Below, piece after piece: positions 40,338 through 52,921 of a stretch of 64,000 nt of DNA. Positions within the stretch are counted from its first letter, which is position 1. Every line of letters begins with the position of its first letter. The stretch comes from Podarcis vaucheri (Eukaryota): assembly GCA_965113315.1 (NCBI GenBank), contig OZ220365.1. One strand, given 5' to 3'. The notes beneath the pieces were generated by a model, which was not told the origin of the DNA, ran no database searches, and worked only from the letters and a program-made list of their open reading frames with translations. Position numbers and translations under genes: made by a program.

Positions 40338-40936
40338 CAGTGGTACCTCAGGTTACAGACGCTTCAGGTTACAGACTCCACTAACCTAGAAATAGTACCT
40401 CGGGTTAAGAACTTTGCTTCCGGATGAGAAGAGAAATCATGCTCCAGCGGCGCAGTGGTAGCGGGAGGCCCCATTAGCTAAAGTGGTAAAGGTGAAGGTA
40501 AAGGGACCCCTGACCATTAGGTCCAGTCGTGACCGACTCTGGGGTTGCGGCGCTCATCTTGCTTTATTGGCCAAGGGAGCCGGCGTTCAGCTTCCGGGTC
40601 ATGTGGCCAGCATGACTAAACCGCTTCTGGCGAACCAGAGCAGTGCACGGAAACGCCGTTTACCTTCCAGCTGGGGCGGTACCTATTTATCTACTAGCAC
40701 TTTTGATGTGCCTTTGAACTGCTAGGTTGGCAGGAGCAGGGACCCAGCAATGGGAGCTCACCCCATTGTGGGGATTCGTACCGCCGACCTTATGATCAGC
40801 AAGTCCTAGGCTCTGTGATTTAACCCACAGCTCCACCTGTGTCCCCCCGGCTAAAGTGGTACCTCAGGTTAAAAACAGTTTCAGGTTAAGAACGAACTTC
40901 TGGAACGAATTAAGTTCCTAACCCGAGGTACCACCG
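40338..40936. mobile_element. Same MITE family, split by a Sauria SINE
   Basis: TA TSD and TIRs; the halves rejoin at GCTAAAGTGGTA. Confidence 0.9.
40489..40849 (-). mobile_element. Sauria SINE inserted in a MITE
   Basis: Full-length; 12-bp TSD GCTAAAGTGGTA at 40477-40488 and 40850-40861. Confidence 0.93.
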
Positions 40937-41730
40937 TATGTCATATGTGGAGGTGGAAGCAGGATCACACCCATTGGCCCCACTCATAATGTCCACATGT
41001 TTCTGGCTTCCTCCCCACTAATATCCACACATTTAATGCAATGCACCAATGAGTTGCCAACAGATTAATGCACTGCAGGTGTGACTGTGGACATGATCTT
41101 CCTGCCACCAGTACCCAATGGCTTGGCTTTTATGTCAGCCTATGTTTCTCATTCTGTCCTCCCTCTTGCAGCCACATTTCCTACCCCCAAAGCCTCAATG
41201 CATAACTGAGGCTGCAGGAGGTTGCTGGGGGCACTCATTTCCATGCAATTTAATTCCAGGAAAAAGATCCATTTGCAGCCACCTTAACCAAGAAAATGAT
41301 GGAAGTGAAGTGATGAAATTTGGGATGTTATACTGGCATACTGTTCTTTCCTGAAGAGAAGCACACATGTGTGGAAAGGGTGTGGGAGGAGCAACATTGT
41401 CCAATGACATTTGTTCTTGTGTCACACCATGGCCACTGTTGGGAATGATGTTTAGTGTGACATGCTGGTATATCCATCAAAACACTGCTACTCCATAACA
41501 GGTACTGCAGTGTGCAAGGTGCAGAAGTGCTAGTGTTATAATCAGGAAAACAAATACAATATTCCCCATGTCCAAAGGCAGCCAAAGTGTGAATGTGAGA
41601 AACAGGTGTTTTGCAAACATCTGGCTCATACGAGAATGGGCGCTGTCAGCAGCTGCCCATTTAGCATGCCCCCTCCGGAAAACACAGGTGTGCTCCTGAA
41701 ATCTTGCAAGTTTAAACACAAATGCACATT

Positions 41731-41872
41731 ACAGAATCAGAGTTGGAAGGGACTGCCAAGGGTCATCTATTCCAACCCTCTGCAATGGGGGAATCTCTTG
41801 CCCATTGTGGGGCTTGAACCCACAACCCTGAGATTGCAAGTCTCATTCTCTACCAACTGAGCTACCCCAGCT
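41731..41872 (-). mobile_element. SINE: tRNA-Lys-like head plus CR1 3' tail
   Basis: Minus: gtagctcagttggtagagaatgagacttgcaatctcagggttgtgggttcaagccccac...cattgcagagggttggaatagatgacc. Confidence 0.78.
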
Positions 41873-42066
41873 GTCATTATGCTGCATAATGTACAAAGAG
41901 GCCCGGAAAACAATAATAAAACACGGGAAGCGACCAGATTTCTTTGGCAGCCCTACCATAGGCTGATGGAAAGTTCTGCAAGCGCCGAAATGCTCAGACA
42001 ACAACACAACATGATAAAGCTGCTTCCCACCCCCTTGGGCAAAGATAATCAGTTCCACGCCTGTCA

Positions 42067-42567
<501 letters not shown>

Positions 42568-42658
42568 TTAGTATCATCATTATTAATATTTATATCCCAC
42601 CCATCTACCCTAAGGAGCCCAGCCAGACAAGCACACAAATGATAAAATGTTGCAATTC

Positions 42659-42659
<1 letters not shown>

Positions 42660-42704
<45 letters not shown>

Positions 42705-43396
42705 CTGCCCATCTGGCTGGGTTTACTCAGCCACTCTGGGCTGCTCCCAACAGAGTATTAAAAACACAATAAAACATCAAACATTAAAATCTTCCCTAAA
42801 CAGGACTGCCTTCAGATGTCTTCTAAAAGTCAGATAGTTGTTTATTTCCTTGACATCTAATGGGAGGGCATTCCACAGGGCGGGCACCACTACCGAGAAG
42901 GCCCTCTGCCTGGTTCCCTGTAACCTCACTTCTCGCAGTGAGGGAACTGCCAGAAGGCCCTCGGAGCTGGATCTCAGTGTCCAGACTGAACAGTGGGAGT
43001 GGAGACACTCCTTCGGGTATACAGTGGTACCTTGGGTTACATACGCTTCAGGTTACATACGCTTCAGGTTACAGACTCCGCTAACCCAGAAATAGAACCT
43101 CGGGCTAAGAACTTTGCTTCAGGATGAGAACAGAAATCATGCTCCGGCGGCGCGGCAGCAGCAGCAGGAGGCCCCATTAGCTAAAGTCGTGCTTCAGGTT
43201 AAGAACAGTTTCAGTTTAAGAACAGACCTCCGGAATGAATTAAGTACTTAACCCGAGTTACCACTGTACAGGGCCAAAGATATTTACGGATTTAAAGGGC
43301 CAGCACCAACCCTTGGATTGTGCTTGGAAACGTACTGGGAGCCAATGTAGGACTTTCAGGACCAGTGTTATATGGTCTTGGCAGCCACTCCCAGTC
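42660..43396 (-). mobile_element. L2 3' fragment interrupted by a Tc1/mariner-type MITE
   Basis: Reverse complement of ~18650-19150; split at TA 43020-43021 by the MITE at 43022-43266. Confidence 0.88.
43022..43266. mobile_element. Same MITE family, inserted in L2
   Basis: TA TSD and TIRs. Confidence 0.9.
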
Positions 43397-43566
43397 ATAT
43401 AGATGCAGACTTGGAAATATTTCTACTTGAAAGGCTTGTTGGAAGACAATGGTCTTCAGTAGATGGTTTTCAGTGATGGCACCTATGTGATATTTAACAG
43501 AGCGGAAATTCCAAAGGGTAGGGGAGGCGCCTCAACACTAAAGTTCTGAGTTATACACTGTGTAGA

Positions 43567-43704
43567 GCCTGGATAGCTCCGTTGGTTAGAGCATGGTACT
43601 GATGGCACCAAGGTTGCAAGTTCGATCCCCATATGGGACAGTTGCATATTCCTGCATTGCAGGGGGTTGGACTATAGATGATCCTCAGGGTCCCTTCTAT
43701 GATT
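43567..43704 (+). mobile_element. SINE: tRNA-Ile-like head plus CR1 3' tail
   Basis: ggatagctccgttggttagagcatggtactgatggcaccaaggttgcaagttcgatcccc...ttcctgcattgcagggggttggacta. Confidence 0.78.
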
Positions 43705-44536
43705 TACCCATTAGATTTGGAGGTTTGCTTTCAATCAAACTCTAGGATCTCCTAAAGGCATCTGCAGGAGGCTCTCAACTTCCGAGTGCACTGATTGATT
43801 GAGTATATAAGGGGTGAGATGAACTTTCTGGTATCCTGGTCCCCCAACTGTAGGGTGTTATACACTGGTAGCTAATTGGCACACAGAAAAAGTGGAATAC
43901 TCCCAATACTTACCTGGGAATTGTAGTTTGTTAAGGATGCTGAGAGATTTCTAGAGATTTCTAGTACTGTCTCCTAACGACAATTAGCACCCTGGACAAA
44001 CTACATTTCCCAGGTTTATTTGGTGAAAGCCATGCTTGTTTAAAATGGCCTGCTTTAAATGTATAGTGCATACGCAGCCTCGCCTACATCCAATGATTTC
44101 AATGGGTCTACTCTGAGTCTTACTAACAGTGGATATCACCCAATATATTTTAAGCATGCCTATTCTGAATGCACTCCAGTGACTGCTAAACTATTTTTCA
44201 AAAACATAGTTTTTCAAACTTTAAACACACACACACACACACACACACGGTTGTATTACACAGGTATTTTATAATTTTTTCACTTCCCAGATAGCACTTT
44301 TTTCAAATGCAGGAAAGGGCTAAATAAATACCGCCCCACCTCTCTCAAGTCAGGGAGATGATCCATTTAGATTCCACAATAACATTTTTGTTTTGCCTGT
44401 GAAATGCTAACACTCCTTAGGTAGTTCCATAATTGATTATTCTGCTTCATAAAAGATGATTTCTCAAAGAGTGAGGGGGTGAGGGTGCTTCCAGACGCTT
44501 GAAGGGTGAGGGGGTTTCAATCAATGCACCCCAGAG

Positions 44537-44835
44537 TGAGTCACTTTTTAAAAGAATATTGTCCTAACGTACTTTGGGATTTTCCAATCTGTTGTCTAAC
44601 GCTGTTCCACAAAATCTGAAGAGAAAAACAGAAGCTTAAGAACTTTCTACACCTCGTTCTGAGATGACATCAGCTCAGGCTCCCCACCTGCCTGGTTTCC
44701 ATGGCAATTACACAAAGACATACAATGACATCAGCTCGGCATGACATCAGCTCTTTGAGTGCAAACAATGCAAGAAGAGCTACTTTGTTTCAGGCCTTTT
44801 GGTACAACTGTGTTCTTGGGAGCCAGTGATGTAAT
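44537..44835. promoter_or_regulatory. Candidate intronic bZIP (AP-1/ATF) enhancer
   Basis: TGAGTCA 44537-44543; ATGACATCAGCTC at 44664, 44725 and 44741; X-box-like GTTTCCATGGCAAT 44695-44708; TGATGTAAT 44827-44835; non-repetitive context. Confidence 0.55.
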
Positions 44836-45239
44836 GCTAACAGGTGGTTGGAGCAGCATTTGCCTAACTGGGAGGAGGAAAAATACAGCTATATCCCTTG
44901 TGTACACATGGGTGATTATAGGTTAAGCTTTCACTAACGGCATGTGAAATAAGGCACTAATGCAAGAGCAATGTAGCTTTATGCAACTGACAAAGATAAG
45001 AGAAAATTGCAAGAACCAGAGACACCTTGTCTAAAAAGTGATGTAACTCTTGGAAAGAAGGTTGAAAAATAATAATAATTGCTTTTGGTAAAAGGCAAAG
45101 GTTCAAACTATGGCAGCTAAGAGACTTTCTATTAACAACTCTTTATATTCTTATCTTGTCTATAAGCCTATGTGCCAGAATAAAAACCTTTAGACATTCC
45201 AGCTAAGATCCCCCCAAACATAAGACACTTATATTTTAT

Positions 45240-45437
45240 AACAACAACAACAACAATTTATTATTTGTACCCCGCCCATCTGGCTAGGTTTCCCCAGCCA
45301 CTCTGGGCGGCTTCCTACAAAGATTAAAAATACATTAAAATGTCACACATTTATAAATTCTGTGAACAAGGCTGCCTTCAGATGTCTTCTAAATGTCAGG
45401 TAGTTGTTTATCTCTTTGACATCTGATGGGAGGGCGT
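45240..45437 (-). mobile_element. L2 3' end fragment
   Basis: Reverse complement of the L2 3' end. Confidence 0.88.
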
Positions 45438-47202
45438 TTCACTTTAACGGAGATGCTTCTACACCATGTGAAATAATGAAACACTAACCGGTTATTTTAA
45501 GAGAGGAACACAAGGTAATAAGAACACAGGTAAAGAGGTGATGGACAGATTAGAGATCTGATTAGCCTTTTGGCATTTTTGTTTGCTCGCTTATGAATCA
45601 GAAAAGGCATTTCAGAAAGTTTGGAGTAAGTGAGCTTATTTTGCTTTGGGCTACATCCAAGGCCTTTATGATCCCTTTCCCCCAATTCAGAGCAAAGGTA
45701 GTTGGATAACTATTTTTACTTATGTCTTCCCTTATTACACAAGAAAGGTTAGTAGCATCAATAGATCACAACTCTGGCTTTAACCACAGCTGCAAACATT
45801 TTTTCTACTAACTCTCAGTGCTTATTTAACCATACCCAATTGTTCTTTTTGGGGGAAGTAGGGTTGTCACTCCCCTCAACACACTGGAAGCCAGTGCAGG
45901 CTGGTCCATTAATGCTAAAGGGGCACAGGCCCAGTAGCCTCCGTTTACCCTCAGTCCGCCTCAAACCTACCTGCCTGCTTGCTTACAAGCAGCCTGACAG
46001 CTTCCTCCTCTTTAGTTTCAGTGCTAAAACAAACTTTGTAAGAGCTCATCAGGGAAGAGGGTGGGGGAGAAGATTAGAATTAGTTGGCTCTGCCTGTCAT
46101 TGGCTCCAACTCAATCTACCCTTAGTTTCTGCCCTACTAGTCCCAATGGGCACCAGCCAATCGGGACAGAAGCTCCATCTCTTTAACAGCCGCAGGATGG
46201 CAAATTTCAATCTGTACAGACTTTCTTAACTCTATACTTTCCTGATTCATTTTCCTTGCTATGCAGCTCCTAAAAAAACCACAGAGCCTCTGCCCAAAGA
46301 GAGGGAGCAACCTTAAATACAACTTCAGTACTTCCTAGAAATATAAGAGCATTTCCCACTTACAAAAAATGTATTATTAGGGGAAATTTCTTGCAGAAAA
46401 TTCTATGTTATTTCCCCTAACATTTGCATTTTGGTGCACAATACACACATTTCTTGCAAACCCAAAAGGAATTTGATTTTTTGATGGTTGCTGCAGGAGA
46501 GAGACTGCGAGGAACAACATGGGAGAGGTGTTTCTAGGACTAAGGTCAAACTGAAGCTCCCTTGTTCTTATTGCTTTAGGATGTTGCATGTTGCTTAAAG
46601 AATCTTGTTATATTTACAGTATTGAAATATGGTTTTTCGGTAGGTTGCCATATTTATGTTTTGCTATGTTATTATGAAATGGTTTTTGTAGTGTTTGAAA
46701 TGCATCCCTGCTTCTTTGTTGTGAGCCACTTTGAGCATGTTTTTTGTTTGTTTGTAGAAAATCAGCATACAAATAAAATCAATAAATAAATGAATAAAAG
46801 ACAGCTATGTTTCACATTGTTTTGAGAAGTGCAAATTAGGTAGGTTCACCTTGAAATGCAAAGGGAAATCAAATTCCTCCTCTCTCTCTACTAAAATGGC
46901 AAGCAAGCAAGGGAATGCAGCCACCTTAAAGGGATACCAGTAAAAGAGGTAGCCAATAGTCAACCCTAAGCCTATACAAAAACACCCTTTCCTAATTCCA
47001 AAAAGCATAGGGCCAGGAAAGTCACCTGCAACCATAATATGGGAGAGGGCAGGCGATTATGAACAATAGAAACTGATGAAGGCCGCAGCATATAAACATT
47101 TTAAATCAACAGTGCAGATTCCAAATTTCTATTTCAGGGAAGTGTACAACAGTAAATAGCAACAACATAAGCAGAAGTGAATAATACAGAAACACAGAAG
47201 TA

Positions 47203-48008
47203 CCGTATTTTTCGCACCATAGGACGCACCGGACAATAGGACGCACTTTGTTTTAGAGGGGGGAGAACAAGAAAAGAAAATTCTCCCCCTCTCTGCCCAG
47301 CGCCCCTTCAGTGAAGCGGCAGGAGGCGCTGCACAGAGAGGGGGAGAACTTTCCCCCTCTTGTTTTCCTGCTCTAAAACAAGGTGCGGTTTAAGGTGCGT
47401 TCAGGCGGCTACCTTGGAAGCCTGGAGAGCGAGAGGGGTCGGTGTGCACTGACCCCTCTCGCTCTCCAGGCTTAAGGTTCCTTTCGACCCGCTCTTTGGG
47501 GCTGGCGGGGGGAAGCCCACCACCAGCCCCAAAGAGCAGGTCAGGGAGCAGAGGAAAGGGGCAGCAGAGAGGCTCCTGCCATAGCCGCGGGTCACCTCCC
47601 CAGCCGGGAGAGCGCGCGTGGGCTAAAGCAGCCCCCCGTGACCCTCTCCCAGCTGGGGAGGTGATGGCAGGAGCCTCTACAGCCCCGCGTCACCTCCCCA
47701 GCGGAGAGAGCGTGCACGAGGCTAAAGCAGCCCCCCGCGACCCTCTCCCGGCTGGGGAGGTGATGGCAGGAGCCTCTACAGCCCCGCGTCACCTCCCCAG
47801 CTGGGAGAGCACGCACGAGGCTAAAGCAGCCCCCCGCGACCCTCTCCCGGCTGGGGAGGTGATGGCAGGAGCCTCTACAGCCCCGCGTCACCTCCCCAGC
47901 TGGGAGAGCATGCGCGGGACTATGGCGTCTTCGCTCCATAGGACGCACACACATTTCCCCTTCATTTTTGAAGGGGAAAAAGTGTGTCCTATAAAGCGAA
48001 AAATACGG
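47203..48008. mobile_element. Tc2-like non-autonomous DNA transposon with internal 99-bp minisatellite
   Basis: TA|CCGTATTTTTCGC...GCGAAAAATACGG|TA; repeat units start at 47621, 47720 and 47819. Confidence 0.9.
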
Positions 48009-48574
48009 TACTATACACATTATTTTTAAAAAGCTGGGTAAATAAGAATGCCTCAGCTACTGTCTAGCAGGCCTCCTTTCCCCATACAGAGCAGGCCAGT
48101 CTTTAAAACCCCCTGGGGAAACCATACTGATTGTTCAACGACCACCCCATTGTGACTTCCTACAAGGCAGAAGTGCGCCTCCTGTGGCCTAACCCTCTGT
48201 AGAGTCCTCCCTTGTGTAATTCATGAGTTAGAGACTGTCATGACCTTTAAACACTTCTGCTTTCTTGGACTCTTACAGTTTTTATTTTCGTTTCATTTCG
48301 TTTGTTTGATTTGAGATACTGCATTTTATTTCCCTCTTGCTTTGAAGGAAATTTCACTGGCGTGTATTGTTTTTATGCAACCCACTTTTTGCATAAATAA
48401 AAGTGAAAATCAATAAAATCAATAGAAATAGACATTTTTATTCTATTATTAAGGAGTATAACAATTGTATACCTAAAGCAAAACGCTTGTGAACCAGGCA
48501 TGTCTCTATGGGGAGGGCATCCCGCCTCGCTGTGGAGACATTCCTGGTTCACAAGCATTTTGTTACTTTAGATT

Positions 48575-48760
48575 TCCTGAATCCAGGGAGGGCTTCTTAA
48601 GGAGTGGTCTGACTACTGGCTTCCTTCAAGCAGGCAGGGACCATCCCCTCTCACAGGGAGGCATTAACCACCTCCCTGGTCCCAGCCGAGAGTGGCAAGA
48701 GTCCAGAGCACAGGGGGTCATCCTGAGTGATCCAAGTACCTTGTCTACATGCACAAACCT
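48575..48760 (-). mobile_element. Degenerate L2 ORF2 fragment (upstream of RT)
   Basis: Minus-strand VDKVLG..TPCALDSC plus LKEA..VRPLLKKPSLD-like coding remnants. Confidence 0.6.
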
Positions 48761-49050
48761 TACTAACTGAAACTCATCCGGCACAACAGGACTAGAGAGT
48801 GCTCTGGACACCCCTTGAAATTAATCTGCTGTAGTAGCAGAGTCAGGATCCTGGGGGATGCAAACAATTTTCAAAATGCTTTGCAAAAGATAAAATCTAC
48901 CCAGGAAGGACTAAAGTTTATTTTTTAAATTGTTTTTATTAAAGATTTTCTTGGGTTACAAAATTACTCACATTGTCTGTTTTCTGATGATAAAGTCCTT
49001 TTTTTCAGACCATTCCTATTCAATATGATACTTTGATACTGTATACAGTA

Positions 49051-49300
49051 CAGTCGTACCTTGGAAGTCGAATGCCTTGCAGCTCAGACATTTTGGCCCC
49101 TGAACGCTGCAAACCTGGAAGTGATTGTTCTGGTCTGCGAACATTCTTTGGAACCTGAACATCCGGTGTGGCTTCCGTGGTTTCCAATTGGCTGCTGGAG
49201 CTTCCTGCAGCCAATCGGAAGCCGCACCTTGGTTTTCAAACATTTTGGAAGTCGAATGGACTTGTGGAACGGATTTTGTTTGACTTCTGAGGTATGACTG
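49051..49300. mobile_element. Related Tc1/mariner MITE (CAGTCGTACCT termini)
   Basis: TA|CAGTCGTACCTTGGAAGTC...GACTTCTGAGGTATGACTG|TA. Confidence 0.85.
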
Positions 49301-50422
49301 TATAAGATTGGGGGAAGAGACATGGAGAGGGGGGTTGTAAACTTCCATTCTTTTACATACTGTACATGTGAGGTTTTACAACAGTAAACAGGTTCAGACA
49401 GTCCATGCTTAAAGCATGGAGGGGGGAAATAGGAAAACTGGCTAAAGCAGATACATAAAGGCTTACATTCAGCATACATTTATTTATAAATGGAAAGATT
49501 AATGTTTTTGGAATCTGACTGTATCAGTAACAATATGTATTGAAGTCCCCGCCAAAACATGCACCTGGAAACTATTGGGTTGCATCTGATGAAGTCAAAC
49601 TCAGAGTTGTCCCATTGAAAAATCAACTCTTTCAGTTGATCTGCTCCAAGTATGACTTAAGACACAATCCATTGGTTGTAGCTGAGTTCAGAGTATGTTG
49701 TTGTTTCTAAACATATCTGTGTCATCATGTTGTTAGCCAGAGAGTAAACCAAAATTATATCCTGCTTGGACATTATTGCAAGCAAGCTCACAGAGACCAC
49801 CCAGTTATCTGAAGCTATCTTTTGGATATATCTATGCAGAATCAGAAAAAAGAAGTTATCAGATCCTTTCCGCTAGCAATGCCTCACAGCCCATCAACAA
49901 CGATCATGGAATATGTGCTGCAAAGTTCACTAACATCTAGCGATGGCATTAAAATATAAGTTCCGAGCCTGAAAAACAAGCACTTGATATTCCAAAAAGT
50001 GTTGCCGTCCTTGCCTATGACAGTTGATGAACTTTATATTTAAAAAATGTATTTTCAGCATAGCCCATTCCTGAAGGCCTTGGGGCCTGTGCTGTGTAAT
50101 GTTTTATAGCTCCAATGATTTATTTTAATTCACCCAAAAGCAAGTTAACCAACCACCAGAAAGCCCTTCTTCTCCCAAGGACTTTCTGCAACACACTCTG
50201 GTTTATACCAGTTCAGCTATGTCTTCATTAGAATGCACCGCTGAGGATAAAAGATCCTCACCAAAGCTAGTAAATGATCACGATGATCAGTAACAAGTTG
50301 TGTTAGGGGGTGGCATAAAGAAGGCTCAGTTTCTTGGGGTTGCAACCGACAATTCTCTCATGCTGCCTCCAACCTTTCTCTGTGTCCTATGTAAAGCAGA
50401 TATGGTAAAGCTCTTAGACGTA

Positions 50423-50637
50423 CAGTGGTACCTCAGGTTACAGACGCTTCAGGTGACAGACTCCGCTAACCCAGAAATAGTACATCGGGTTAAGAACTTT
50501 GCTTCAGGATGAGAACAGAAATCGTGCGGCAGCAGCGGGAGGCCCCATTAGCTAAAGTGGTACCTCAGGTTAAGAACAGTTTCAGGTTAAGAACGGACCT
50601 CCAGAACGAATTAAGTTCTTAACCCGAGGTACCACTG
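50423..50637. mobile_element. Same MITE family
   Basis: TA TSD, perfect terminal 12-bp TIRs. Confidence 0.9.
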
Positions 50638-50652
50638 TAATGGGTATTCTTT

Positions 50653-50837
50653 GTTACAGATAGGTAGCCGTGTTGGTCTGCCATAGTCAAAATAAAAAAA
50701 TTCCTTCCAGTAGCACCTTAAAGACCAACTAAGTTAGTTCTTGGTATGAGCTTTCGTGTGCATGCACACGAAAGCTCATACCAAGAACTAACTTAGTTGG
50801 TCTTTAAGGTGCTACTGGAAGGAATTTTTTTATTTTG
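50653..50837. mobile_element. Penelope-like element remnant (inverted pseudo-LTRs) forming a 150-bp palindrome
   Basis: gtagccgtgttggtctg, gtagcaccttaaagacc and gagctttcgtg motifs typical of reptile Penelope ends; perfect inverted repeat 50688-50837. Confidence 0.8.
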
Positions 50838-52116
50838 GGTATTTTTGTGTTTAGGTTGTAAACCGCACTGTGAATTTTGGATGAAGAGCGGTATAAAAAT
50901 TTAACAAATGATAACAATAATCTCACAAATGCCAGACCTCAGCCTGCCTCTGAACCTGGCTGGGATTATCGCAAAACAGTACCATTTTAAAGCAAGGGGG
51001 GTAAGTGCTATGCGGATTTATGCTGTAGAAGTAACTTATACTTATTTTACTTATATGATGGCAGCTTTGAGTGGGTGCGAGGGGAATAAAGTTTGGAAAA
51101 CTATGCGATTTTGTTCATACTCTCCACTTAAGGCAGCAGGCCATTTTGGAAGTTCTGAAGTTTCCCCAGCATCACCCTTTTTTTAAAAAAAAAAAAAAAA
51201 GCTGCAGAAAACATGGAAACATTATCCTGACATTGGGTGGCGTTCATCCTCCCCACTCTCTGGAAATTCAGACCGGAGAGATCTTCTTGTGGCTCAAACA
51301 AAAAAGAGCTATCAATTTATATAACAATTTATATAATATAGTAGCCTCATAACGTCAGATCTATTCCCTCCAGCAGTGAAGCTGCTGAAGCTGACAGTTC
51401 ATTCACAAACGCTTTGCTTAGTTCACTCTCAGAAGAGCCTCTGTCTGGATGGTCGGAGTGATAAAGTGGGTGGTGTTGGACTTAACACAGGCAGGAACTG
51501 GGTTTATATGCCCATTCAAGTTGGTAAGCTCACAGGCAGACTGACCTAGAGTAATAGGGTGGCCATTTGCACATGTCAAAAAGACAGAGATTTGCACAAA
51601 AATTGCACATGCCAGTTGATATTGTAAGTATAGATGCAAATTTAGAAATAGCTGCTGTATTCTGCTGACAGCACACAGAATGCTCTAGTAGGAATCCCAA
51701 AGCATGTCCACTCTCCACAAAGCAACAATAACAGCAACAACACCACAACCCTGTACCTTCATGGAGTTTTGTGGGGGGAGGAGAATGAATGGCTGCATGC
51801 ATCAGTTTCAAAACTAAAAGGACAACTAAACTTTGTGTGTGTTTGTGTGTGTGGATCCTGTCCTAGTGCATCTTTTTCTCCCATGTTTATTTTTAGAGTC
51901 ACAGCACTGCACAAGTTAAGACTTCAAGATAGAAGTTCAGCTGCTGAGCAATATTAGATGATTGACAGGAGATGGTACAGATTGCATTAGTTCAGACAGT
52001 CTGGGGATTTAAAAGCCTCCGAATGGCAAAGAGCTCTGCGCACCAGACGGTTATTTCCAAAACTGGTATCAAATAAGTAACACTGGAGCAGTAAATTTCA
52101 AAATGTAGGCATATAA

Positions 52117-52118
<2 letters not shown>

Positions 52119-52165
<47 letters not shown>
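52119..52165. repeat. (CA)n microsatellite
   Basis: Direct. Confidence 0.97.
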
Positions 52166-52170
<5 letters not shown>

Positions 52171-52921
52171 GAGTGCACACTTGTGAGGTCCTGCAAGTAC
52201 AGCCTGTTTAAGAACTGTGACCTCATTTATTTATACTGCTGCAGAAAGCCTTGCCAGAGCAACAGCTGATGACAGCCTTATGTATTTTTCCACTAAGCCA
52301 ACAATTAAATGGCTTCTGTGGTTTTAATGAGCAGAGGACATTATGTCAAAACTGATTCAAAGCATGAGATGGTTGAAGGATAAGGCAATGTCATTTAAAG
52401 TACAGAAAAACAAAACACACACAGCAGGAATATACTTTGAGCTTGGGACCTTTCCGGGATACTGATCTCTGTAAGAGTATGAAAAATTGCTTAAGCCAAT
52501 GTGGAAACACCCGCTGGTCCTTGCTTAATGGGCTAAAATTTGAAGTGTCATCACCAAACAAAAATGTTAAGGTGGGGAGATATGAAAAAAAATGTTCTGT
52601 AAGCCACTCACGTGTGCTGACTCTGCTCAGGCAATCAGTCCTATTGCATTCAGTGTGGTTCATTCCTAAGTATGCATTGCAGGGATGGGGAACCTTTGAT
52701 CCTCCAGATGCTGCTAGACTACACCTCCCAGCATTCCTGGCCATTAGCCATACAGGCTGGGGCTTGTGGGAGTTGGGAGTCCAGCAACATACAGGTTCTT
52801 TGACTTTTAGGGTATAGGACTGCAGCCTTACTTGTTCATTCGAAAGTGCATTTCCAGGCATAGGCACCAGGTATACAAAATTGTACTCGCCAGAGGTGGT
52901 GAGAGAAGAACAAAAGATATA

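Noticed and set aside
43567-43640. tRNA-Ile-like sequence (and the other tRNA-like heads) as tRNA genes
   Set aside because: Broken stems and direct fusion to CR1 tails mark them as SINEs.
47442-48029. 195-aa ORF with 33-aa repeats
   Set aside because: By-product of a GC-rich 99-bp minisatellite inside a transposon; open on both strands.
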